Shown in pieces: positions 19,843-29,300 of a stretch of 64,000 nucleotides of DNA. The stretch comes from a virus, in the IMG/VR virus record IMGVR_UViG_3300025840_000015, positions 1 through 64,000 of that record. One strand, given 5' to 3'. Made by a program: the position numbers and the translations under genes. Under the pieces are notes generated by a model. It made no database searches. It was not told where the DNA came from and worked only from the letters and a program-made list of their open reading frames with translations. The number at the start of each line of letters is the position of its first letter. The first letter of the stretch is position 1.

Positions 19843-21204
19843 TTACCTAGTTTCTCTCCATTGAATTGAAACAAATGCTTCAGTATCTGCATTTGTAGTT
19901 AAGTTCTGTATCACTACAATGAACATATTGCTATCATTACTATCTATATTTTGGGCAATAAAGTTGGATTTTGCACTGGAAGGACTTAATGATATTGTTC
20001 CAGATGCTTGTTTTCCCGAAGGATTATTTGCTGCAACATAACCAGTTATTTTTGGGTATGCACCAATTAAGTTAAATGAAGTTTGAGCACTAAAGTTATA
20101 TTCAATAGAAGAATCTTCTCCAATACTTTCCCATGTTCCACCGGTTACATTTGAAGTATTTGGAACTCTATAAAGAGTCCATTTGCATGGTGATGATGTT
20201 GAAAGAATTTGAAGATCTGTAAGTCTTATTACAGATCTATTTGGATATCCATTAAAAGTATTTTTTAATCTAATAGCAGCAATGCATTTGATATGATTTG
20301 GAGAACTATTTGATCCAGTAATTGTAATTGGAGCAGTTACTCCAGCAGCATATTCAAGTCCACTTTCTTCATATCCACCTTCACTTAATACTGTAGAACA
20401 TATTTGTTGCATAGAAGTAATACCGATAGTAGAATCGGTATTTCTAACTTCACATCTAATAGGTAAAGATGGATGACTCCAATATACGTTTTCCTCTACA
20501 TTAGAATGATTAAATTCATGGCAGTAAATTAAATTTCCTCCAATAACAAACCCACACCTAATTCTACCTACTCCTAACCATTGAAAATCTGTTGCAAATA
20601 ACTGAGTTTTTGTAAAATTAAGACTTATTCCAGATTGAGTTGATCCATCAAGTTTGTCTAAATTCCAATCTGATTGATTTATAATAGTATCTGTAGCGAT
20701 TCCGGAAATATAATCTCTTTTTACAATAGAAATAGATCCATTACCATCTTGCTGAACAAATACTCCATTTCTATCATCAAAATATCCAGTTCTTTTTACT
20801 GTATTTTCTCTAACATCTTGGAAATTAAAACTTGAAAGTGCAAATTGAGATTTTCCTGGCATGTAATGGTGATACATTCTAGTTTGATGTATCACATAAT
20901 CAGAATTTCCATCTCCAACTATAAGTGATGCAGAAGCTTTATTTGTAAGATGTTCTACAGTAGATGCAGCTCCAACTTTTTTGGATAAAATATTTTCATT
21001 TAATCCATATTGATGGGAATAATCTGCAAGAGTAAATGGTTCTGATGTTCTTGATCTACCAAAAGCATCATATCCACCACTTCCTGCTCCTGTAGTTACC
21101 CCACAGTTGCCAATATTGCCGTATCTATCGGCACACATAAAAACTTCAAATAAAGTCCTTTCTTGATTCAAATAATCTTGTTGATTTTTATTCCACTGAG
21201 CCAT
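19843..21204 (-). CDS. Hypothetical beta-rich protein, probably virion-associated
   Basis: 453 aa, DAFGR, YMPGKSQ and DFQWLGVGRIRCGF motifs; lies in the gp16-gp17 insertion. Confidence 0.65.
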   Translation of the reverse strand: MAQWNKNQQDYLNQERTLFEVFMCADRYGNIGNCGVTTGAGSGGYDAFGRSRTSEPFTLADYSHQYGLNENILSKKVGAASTVEHLTNKASASLIVGDGNSDYVIHQTRMYHHYMPGKSQFALSSFNFQDVRENTVKRTGYFDDRNGVFVQQDGNGSISIVKRDYISGIATDTIINQSDWNLDKLDGSTQSGISLNFTKTQLFATDFQWLGVGRIRCGFVIGGNLIYCHEFNHSNVEENVYWSHPSLPIRCEVRNTDSTIGITSMQQICSTVLSEGGYEESGLEYAAGVTAPITITGSNSSPNHIKCIAAIRLKNTFNGYPNRSVIRLTDLQILSTSSPCKWTLYRVPNTSNVTGGTWESIGEDSSIEYNFSAQTSFNLIGAYPKITGYVAANNPSGKQASGTISLSPSSAKSNFIAQNIDSNDSNMFIVVIQNLTTNADTEAFVSIQWRETR

Positions 21205-21206
21205 AA

Positions 21207-21524
21207 TTAGTTAGTCCAAGTTAGTCTTTCTGGTTGATATCTTTGTAGTCCTGTAATTTTTAATGTGCTATTATTATTTACGTTTGATGGATAGATGTTA
21301 TGGACAACAGCACCTGGATATTCTCTTTGAATCTCTTCTCCAAGAGATTCTCTAGTTGGAATATTTGCACTAGTTAAATCCATTCTATACAAATTACCTT
21401 GCCACATTACATCTGCAGTAAATGACTCACCAAAATTTTTTGGTTCTGGTGAAGAGTTTCCAACATTCAATGTTCCGTTAAAATCACCTTGAATAGTGAT
21501 GTTTTCTGATAGATCTTTTTTCAT
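21207..21524 (-). CDS. Hypothetical protein
   Basis: 105-aa ORF, PTRESLGEEIQREYPGA. Confidence 0.75.
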   Translation of the reverse strand: MKKDLSENITIQGDFNGTLNVGNSSPEPKNFGESFTADVMWQGNLYRMDLTSANIPTRESLGEEIQREYPGAVVHNIYPSNVNNNSTLKITGLQRYQPERLTWTN

Positions 21525-21525
21525 T

Positions 21526-22488
21526 TTAGCAATTCCAGGCTCTGAGGGACTTGTTAATTCTGCTATCGGGATCTCTAGCAGTTTTATTTGATGTTAATTT
21601 ACTTTTCATTCCTTTCATTCGAGCACAAAAAGATGCTCTACGGGGATTTCCAACTTTTTTACTTGGTGCTTTAAGATCAGATCCGGGATTTTGTCTTTCA
21701 TATGATTTTCTTCCTTTCTCATTTAATCCACCTTCGGGATTTTTTCCGGATTTTCTAGTCCATGCCGCAGATTTTGCTTCAGACATGAATTGCGAAAATG
21801 TAATTCCATCAAGGGATTCGGATTTATTTCCCCAGCTAGAAGCACCAACTTTACGGCACTTTACCAATGCTCCAGATGCATATGCACTAGGCCAAACTTT
21901 ATATCTGGACTTTACCTTGTGGTAACAAGCATCTTTCTTTTCAGTGACCATTTTAGCTTTACCCCTTCTATTTGGATTAGGATCTTCTTTACGTTTTTTA
22001 GCAGCTCTCTTGTTTCTTTTATCTTTACTCATTGCAGCACGATCATCTGCATCTCTACAAAAAGGTTTAGTTTTCTGTCCAGGTTGTTTTGCGCATGGTT
22101 TACCATCATATTTACCTCCTGCCTGAACCCATCCACCACCTTTAAACCAATCTCTCAATGAATATCCAGGATCTTTTGCAGATTTTCCATCGCGCTTTTC
22201 ATCCAAAACTTCACCTTCAACTTCATAACCTGCCTTTACGCAGCGGTTGTAAGTTTTTCCAAATAATTTTTGAGTTCCTTTCTTTTTATATCCTTTCCAA
22301 CATTTTTTTGCTTCATCCATGTATCCAGAAGCAGCATCCATATTATGTTCAGTATCAGTAATCTTAGCTTGAACCCATGCAGGAATATTTTTTTCCTTTT
22401 TACCAAGAGACTTTCTCAGTTTTTTTATATTTTCTACAGTTTTATTCAACTGAGAATGTGCCATTGATATTTCATGGTCTTTTTTCAT
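21526..22488 (-). CDS. Modular basic Cys-containing protein, possible internal head polyprotein
   Basis: 320 aa of short K/R-rich modules, each preceded by a hydrophobic-x-E motif. Confidence 0.7.
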   Translation of the reverse strand: MKKDHEISMAHSQLNKTVENIKKLRKSLGKKEKNIPAWVQAKITDTEHNMDAASGYMDEAKKCWKGYKKKGTQKLFGKTYNRCVKAGYEVEGEVLDEKRDGKSAKDPGYSLRDWFKGGGWVQAGGKYDGKPCAKQPGQKTKPFCRDADDRAAMSKDKRNKRAAKKRKEDPNPNRRGKAKMVTEKKDACYHKVKSRYKVWPSAYASGALVKCRKVGASSWGNKSESLDGITFSQFMSEAKSAAWTRKSGKNPEGGLNEKGRKSYERQNPGSDLKAPSKKVGNPRRASFCARMKGMKSKLTSNKTARDPDSRINKSLRAWNC

Positions 22489-22495
22489 GAGAATT

Positions 22496-22912
22496 TTATT
22501 GATCTTTTGGCTTATTATTATTTAGAAATCCTTGTTTTAGTAATTTTGATAAATCTGAGGTCGATCCAACAAAAACTGCATTATTTGTAACGTTATTTGT
22601 TGTTTTAGTAACTTCAGAATCAATATCTCTAAGTTTTTTCTGTAGATCTATCAGTTTATCTGTAGTTTCTGAAACACTTTTTATTAACTGTCCAGCAACT
22701 TCATACGCTCTTGGACTTCCACCCTCACCTGCAACTTCCATCACTTCATTAATAGCTTCTTGTCCTTTTTCTATTAATGAATATAAATTTGCTCTAACAT
22801 AATCATAATCTTTATCTATATGATCAGATTTTTTGGATTTTACTATTTCAGTATTAGTTACAGTAGAGTCTACTTCTACTGGCAAAATATTGTCATCATT
22901 AATATTATCCAT
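22496..22912 (-). CDS. gp16: Terminase small subunit
   Basis: DYDYVRANLYSLIEKG, PRAYEVAGQLIK, VFVGST. Confidence 0.92.
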   Translation of the reverse strand: MDNINDDNILPVEVDSTVTNTEIVKSKKSDHIDKDYDYVRANLYSLIEKGQEAINEVMEVAGEGGSPRAYEVAGQLIKSVSETTDKLIDLQKKLRDIDSEVTKTTNNVTNNAVFVGSTSDLSKLLKQGFLNNNKPKDQ

Positions 22913-22916
22913 GTTA

Positions 22917-23714
22917 CTACTTGTCTAATTGATTTGTTGGACTATAATCTTTACTGTCAAAATACATTTCAATTGATTCTGTATATCCATAATCATCTCC
23001 AGGGTTTGCATCAATAGGATCTGGAGTAACAGTATATCTGACTTCTCTTGTTGCAGTTTTTATATTAGTATCAGCATACATATCAACTTGAACTTTTCTA
23101 ATGAGTCCATCTGTAGAATCTGCAATAGGACCAAATAAATATGTTTTTGCAGTAAAGTTAAAAGTATATATTAATATTCTTCTGCTATTAAAATCACCTT
23201 CATAATCATCAGTGAAATTTATACTATCCAAAACAATTGGAACATCTCTCTTTTCTCCAATAGAGTCTGCTAAGTCTATAGTTATATTGAATGAAGGTTG
23301 GAAAAATGGAAGTATTTGTTCGGTAACTTGTAGGGCATCATCTTGAAATTTTGACATTAGATTTAATTGAAACCCAATGTTATATGGAACTGGTAAAAAT
23401 ACCTTTTTAATATTTTGTCCATCACTGGATCTAAATGTTTGTGTTACAGAAGATTTTCTTGATGCATCATATTGTATTGATGTAACCTCAAAAGAAAGTC
23501 TTGGGAGAGTAATTGAAACTGGTTTATTTAATTGTTCCTCTTCTCTCAATCTAGCAAGAAATTTTTGAGTTGGTCCATAACTCAATGGAACTTCAATATC
23601 AGATAGAGTCTTTGATGTTGGATCAATATGCTTAATGTGGATAGTATTGAATAATGTCCCAAATCCAATTATTGTTTTTCTTATTATTTCGTGATAAAAA
23701 TATGTTCCTAACAT
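22917..23714 (-). CDS. gp15: Tail sheath stabilizer / completion protein
   Basis: YFYHEIIRK, VPLSYGP, LPRLSFE, QILPFFQP. Confidence 0.95.
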   Translation of the reverse strand: MLGTYFYHEIIRKTIIGFGTLFNTIHIKHIDPTSKTLSDIEVPLSYGPTQKFLARLREEEQLNKPVSITLPRLSFEVTSIQYDASRKSSVTQTFRSSDGQNIKKVFLPVPYNIGFQLNLMSKFQDDALQVTEQILPFFQPSFNITIDLADSIGEKRDVPIVLDSINFTDDYEGDFNSRRILIYTFNFTAKTYLFGPIADSTDGLIRKVQVDMYADTNIKTATREVRYTVTPDPIDANPGDDYGYTESIEMYFDSKDYSPTNQLDK

Positions 23715-25117
23715 TAGTAGTTCCCAAATGGATTTTCTTCTGTGAAATCTAAAATTTCAAAAGCTTCATTTTCAATATTAGTATTATCAGAATATTTATC
23801 ATTAGTATCTCTAGAATCATACTGTTTCACTACATAAGATGCTAGAGATGTTGATCCAACAACAGATTCTCCAGAATAGAACAATACATTATTTGTATCA
23901 CTAGATATTGGGGCAACATTTAACTTAAAGTTTAATGAATCCCATGACTTCACTCTTGCTTTTACGCCAGATTGTGAACCAGTAACTATTTCATTGAAAA
24001 TATAAGTTCCATATCCAATAGTTTCTGCTGGTAAGGATATACTAACATTTGGACCTGGAGACTTTTGAGTATATCCCAATCCCGTATTTGCAACATTTAT
24101 GGAGAATATCTGTCCATTTGTTACAGAAGCAATACCTACAGCAGTTGCAAAACCAATAGGATTATCGGATGGTGGATCTTCTACTGTTACAACAGCGGTT
24201 TCTGTAGTGTATCCACTTCCAAAATCAAACATTTTATAACCAACAACAGCAGTTCCCACACCAAGACTGCATGTTGCTATAGCTCCTCTACCCGTATCAC
24301 TAATTATTTCTATTTTTGGTGGGGTAATATAATTTACTCCAGCAAACGTTAATATAATTTCTTCAATTGAGTGGGTATTGTTTTTATTTGTTGTTACTGC
24401 TATCGCTTTTGCAGTAATTCCAATATTTGGTGGTGATTCTATTCTTATTTCTGGTGGAGTTAGATATCCATAACCATCGTTGTCAAGGTAAATTTTATCA
24501 ATATATCCTGTCCCCATAATTGCAGAAGCTCTTGCACTGGTTCCAGCACCAATAAATTCTACAGTAGTAATGTATCCTTCATCTTCTAATTGAGTATCAA
24601 TTTCTTCAATACTAGTATCAATAATTTCATTTTCATATCTGAATAGTTCACATCTCAATTCGTAAACATAATTCTTCTGTAGTTGGTAAAATGGAGATTC
24701 ATGTTCAACGTATTTAATTTCAAATATTCTTTCGCCTAGTGGGAAAAATATTAAATCACCCTCTTTTGGTCTATCTGATATTTCAATGTCTTGTAAATTT
24801 TTGATTAACGGTGTTATGTAAAGTTCAAATTTTTCTCTTGATATTACTAATGTTAAATCATCAGACTCTTGAATTCCAAATTTAGACAATAAAGTTCCTT
24901 GACCACCATATCCATCATATGTAGAAACGTATGCTTCTATAGGAAAAGCAGCATCAAATTTAGATTCTATTACTTCTCTTATTATGGTATTCTGTAAAAT
25001 ATATTTTCTTGGAATATAGTATACATCAACACCATACATTTTTATTTGTTCATTAACAAGATCTTGTATAAGACCTTGTTCACCCTTAGATCCTTGTAAG
25101 AAAAATGGATTTAACAT
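23714..25117 (-). CDS. gp14: Neck protein with C-terminal beta-repeat extension
   Basis: LNPFF, GVDVYYIPR, PKEGDLIFFP, FEIKYVEHE, DFTEENPFG. Confidence 0.93.
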   Translation of the reverse strand: MLNPFFLQGSKGEQGLIQDLVNEQIKMYGVDVYYIPRKYILQNTIIREVIESKFDAAFPIEAYVSTYDGYGGQGTLLSKFGIQESDDLTLVISREKFELYITPLIKNLQDIEISDRPKEGDLIFFPLGERIFEIKYVEHESPFYQLQKNYVYELRCELFRYENEIIDTSIEEIDTQLEDEGYITTVEFIGAGTSARASAIMGTGYIDKIYLDNDGYGYLTPPEIRIESPPNIGITAKAIAVTTNKNNTHSIEEIILTFAGVNYITPPKIEIISDTGRGAIATCSLGVGTAVVGYKMFDFGSGYTTETAVVTVEDPPSDNPIGFATAVGIASVTNGQIFSINVANTGLGYTQKSPGPNVSISLPAETIGYGTYIFNEIVTGSQSGVKARVKSWDSLNFKLNVAPISSDTNNVLFYSGESVVGSTSLASYVVKQYDSRDTNDKYSDNTNIENEAFEILDFTEENPFGNY

Positions 25118-25121
25118 ATTT

Positions 25122-25964
25122 TTATCCTATCATATCAAGTGGAGGTAATTCATAAGTTGAAGACATTTTAGACATTAAATCTTCTATTTCTCTTTGCCCA
25201 TCATCATAAAGTTGTCTTCCATTAAACTCCACTCCACCAGGAAGTTTTACTCCTTGGAATTTAATTAAGTTTTGTCCCCATTGCTTTTTAATAGATGATG
25301 TAATATACTGTTTTAGGAATGAATCATTCCATATTTCTTCATAATTTAATGGATCTAATGCTCTGTAGCAATCTATAATCATATATTCTCCTGCTGTTAA
25401 TGCAGACCAATCAATATCTAAATACAATCTATTAGATCTCTTATTAAATCTTATTTGCTTTTGTGTAGTGAGTAAAAAGTCAATATCTTCGAGATATGTT
25501 TTAGTCATTGCATAAGTTAAAAGTTCTGTTGATCCCCAATAATAAACATCATTCAAAAACAATTGATATTTTATACTAAACATACCACTTGCAATACTAT
25601 TAGAACCTTCAAATTGATATATTTTGTTGACACCTATCACATAATCTGGAATTTTTAAATAATTGCTGGTTTCTGCATATGTGAATGTAGTTGCTGTTCC
25701 AACTATATTAGTAGTAACTTCTGTTGATTCTACTCCAGGTCCATCTGTTTTACTTGCTCTTCCTCTATCAATATCTTCTTGAGTTATTTTATACTTCAGG
25801 TAAGTTTGAGCAACACCGTCAAAGTGACGTTCTTGAAAATATTGAATGCAATCATCAACAATATCATCAATTTGTTCTTCGGCAACATTTATCTCAAGGA
25901 CAGGTGCGCCTAACCTTCTTTTACAATATTCAATTAATTCTTTTCTACTTGAAGGTTTTGCCAT
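25122..25964 (-). CDS. gp13: Neck protein
   Basis: RRLGAPVLEINV, QWGQNLIKF, LPGGVEFNG. Confidence 0.95.
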   Translation of the reverse strand: MAKPSSRKELIEYCKRRLGAPVLEINVAEEQIDDIVDDCIQYFQERHFDGVAQTYLKYKITQEDIDRGRASKTDGPGVESTEVTTNIVGTATTFTYAETSNYLKIPDYVIGVNKIYQFEGSNSIASGMFSIKYQLFLNDVYYWGSTELLTYAMTKTYLEDIDFLLTTQKQIRFNKRSNRLYLDIDWSALTAGEYMIIDCYRALDPLNYEEIWNDSFLKQYITSSIKKQWGQNLIKFQGVKLPGGVEFNGRQLYDDGQREIEDLMSKMSSTYELPPLDMIG

Positions 25965-25987
25965 TAATAAAAATGCTCCTACAGGTA

Positions 25988-25995
25988 TATTTATA
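25988..25995 (-). promoter_or_regulatory. T4-type late promoter
   Basis: TATAAATA upstream of gp13. Confidence 0.75.
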
Positions 25996-26167
25996 TTTCA
26001 ACATTCATAAGAGAGGTAATCACTTCTTGTTGTTTAAGATACATTTTGCAGAAGTATTTTGATATATTTTTCAAATCATCCATTTCCATATTATCTACTA
26101 ATCTGGAAACCCTTTCATATTCAAAATTTTTGGACATTGAATCTAAAGAAATGCTATTTGGATCCAT
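25991..26167 (-). CDS. 58-aa helical protein, possibly NblA-like
   Basis: Hand translation MDPNSISLDSMSKNFEYERVSRLVDNMEMDDLKNISKYFCKMYLKQQEVITSLMNVEI. The ORF is well supported; the NblA similarity is by eye only. Confidence 0.55.
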   Translation of the reverse strand: MDPNSISLDSMSKNFEYERVSRLVDNMEMDDLKNISKYFCKMYLKQQEVITSLMNVEI

Positions 26168-26354
26168 TTATAATCTCCTTAAGTAATGATTTTATCTCTT
26201 CAATATCTTTTTTGATATTTTCTATTTCATTTTGTTTTTTCTTCCTATTATTTACAGTATTTAAATACTGATTATAGGAAAGATCATCAGTATTAACAAT
26301 AGATCCTGATCTTTCATCTCTGTATAAATTTGAATGTCCTTCTACTCTGATCAT
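26154..26354 (-). CDS. Small coiled-coil hypothetical protein
   Basis: VEGHSNLYRD..SGSIVN, C-terminal heptads. Confidence 0.8.
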   Translation of the reverse strand: MIRVEGHSNLYRDERSGSIVNTDDLSYNQYLNTVNNRKKKQNEIENIKKDIEEIKSLLKEIINGSK

Positions 26355-29300
26355 CTTACTGCAAGTGCTCTAACGTCTCTTAATACAATTGGATATGCCT
26401 GATTAGTTGATGACATAACAACTTTAATTTTAAATCCAATAAATTGTGGAAGATTTCCAACTGAGAATTCATAATCAAAAAATTCATTAGATTTACTTGG
26501 TCTAACAAATAAATCTGGCAATCCACTATTTCTAGATGGATCAACAACATCCAAATATCCATCTCCATCAGAATCTGATGTTAAATTATCATATCCTGGG
26601 AATAATTCATAATTCTGAAGAACTTCACTAGAATCAGGTCTAATTAAACTATATAGAACTCTAAAGTCTGCTGATGAATGTCTATATGCTGAAATAATAA
26701 CTTTGAGTGATGTTGCTGGATTTTTCAGCAAAATATCTCTAGTAACATATGTAGCAGCATGTGGATCTCTATCGAAAGTATTTACTCTTAAATCTGTAGA
26801 ATAATCTGTAATAGGACTATTCACTCTATAAGATCTAAATTCAGTAAAACAATTATCTAAGAAAACTATTGGTGATAGATATTGATTGCTTGTCTCTAAA
26901 GTTAATGCCGAAGTATATGATTTATTTCTGGGAAGTCCAGATAGGAAGTTATCTTCATTTACTTTTGAACAAACAATTCTAGTCTTATCGAAAGTATTTA
27001 AATTATTTAAAATTACGTCTTCAAATCCTAGATCCTCAAAAGATACTTCAGTTCCATTTGCACTTGTTCCACTAACAGATCGAATTCTTCCAGTAACTTT
27101 TGTGGAATTTGTTGGGGAAACTATATTAAAGTATGGAACGATTGCATTATATTGTATATTTTCTGATGCAAATACATTAGGTCCACCACAAGATAGTTGA
27201 GATGAGAACGATAGTAGTGGATAATTTAAAGTTGTATTATCAATTGATCTATCTGGACCATTTGCAGTTCTATCAATTTCAATAAAATATCTATCTATTC
27301 CTATGTCATAATCGCTAATTGTATGAGTGGTATTTATTCTCCTTAAAGATACTCCTTGCAATTCATATTTTCTTATCGGAGTTCCAGATGGATAGTCAAG
27401 TGTTAACGTTGAATCTTGTCCTCTAGAAACAATATCTAGAACTCCAGTTGAAGTGCTTTCATACTTTATAATTTCATTTTGAATAATTGCATATCCTGGA
27501 TTTTCACTACTTACTGGAACACCTTCAAAAGTTGAGAATTTATCAATATCGGATACCGAAATTGTAGAGTCTGAAGAAGATACTGCTTGTGTTATAGTGT
27601 ATGAAATATCTGATGGTAAAATTCCTGATAATTTTATTTTATTATTGCTTGCATACATTCCATGATTGAAATGATTTACCGCCATATATTTTCCAGAGAA
27701 TATTTCGGAAACAGTATTTGAATTTGTAATTAATACTGGAGGAGTAAATGTATTTCTATTTCCTCCACTATCATATACTACTAAATTATTTGTTCCATCT
27801 ACAGTAAATGATTCTCCTTGAACCCCACCAAGATATAATGTATTAATGATAGTTGGATCTGTAGTTACTATTAATCTTCCACCTCTACCATTTGCGGTAT
27901 CAACTTCAATAATACTTCCCTCAATATAACCTGATCCTAAATTAAATGGGGATGGAGTAGCACTAATAATCGCACCATCTGATGTAACTATGTCACATTC
28001 AAGCCCAAATGCATTACTTCCAACAGAACTTGTTGCAAAATTAAATCCATCTGAATATCCAGATCCGCCATCAAGAACTGCTAATGAAACTACAGATGCT
28101 CCAACAGAGACTACTGATCCATAATTTTGATCTTTTTCTGTTTCAGATATCTTTACTCCAATTATTGAATCAATATCATATCCGAGAGTTGAGATAGATA
28201 AATCATCGAAAGTTACAGATATTCTTCTTGGAATTGTGGTAACAGGATTTTCAGTTAATCTTCTTACATATCCATTACTCCTATCTAGGGTAGGATTGAA
28301 GAAATATGCATTTGCGGCAGAGTTTTTGAACTTGCAACGATACAGTCTAAACTTAAGATCTTGGAACTGATTTGGAGTCCAAATGGATCCGTTTTGCGAA
28401 AGGAAGAGACTACCCATCGCAAATTGTTGAGTATAGAATTGAGTTTCTGAATTTGGCAGAGTTGATGGTTTCAATACTGCTTTACCCATTTCTGCAATGA
28501 AAACTTCGTATTCAGTGCTTTCTGGTGCCAATAATACTATGGCATATTCCTGATTTGGTGCCAAATATATTGGATATGGTAGTTTTACTCTTGTTGCAAC
28601 ATCACCTGCAGTGGATGTTGCAATATCACTTGGTTTAAGAACAACTGGAGGTCCGATAACAACTCTAGTTGGAGTTCCCAATTCAACTGTCCTGATCTGA
28701 ACGGTAATTGGATTACTTCCAGAATCTTTATTTGCAAAGAAAAGATCAAATTCACATAGGAATGAACCTTCTTCATCATTATTAGTAGTTCCAGATCCTC
28801 CTACTGAGAATGATTGTGCAAGAGGATCAAAATATGCATCAACAGTGTTTTGAACAGTAGTAGTTGTTGTTACTACTGTCGTAACTGTAGTTACATTTGT
28901 TATGGTAGTTTGATACTCTTCAACAGTTCCTTCAGATAAATATTGTGCTTCTGCTGCTGAAATTTGAGTGCTTCCTGGTATTATTGGAGTATTATTTTGA
29001 CTAGATGTAATTCTAAATGTTTTTGTTCCAGTATTAATCCTTACAGATGGTGCAGGAACTGTATTTGGATCTTTAAGGAAGAATGAACCAGCAAGATCTC
29101 CAAAGTTATCTGAAACTAATTTCAAATCCTTAACATAAGAAACAGCACCACTAGTTTGTCCTATTAACTTTGTTCCAACATTTACATATCCAGAATATAA
29201 TCCCTGAGCTTCTTCTGAAAGTGCTAATAAATCAACGTTAATAACTTTAGAAGTATTTGTGTAGTCATCAGGTAAAAGTTCAGATCTAATATATGGGTTT

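Noticed and set aside
19839-19892. Longer start for gp17
   Set aside because: Overlaps the upstream gene; the conserved N-terminus begins at MSDDIYLGNPNLK.
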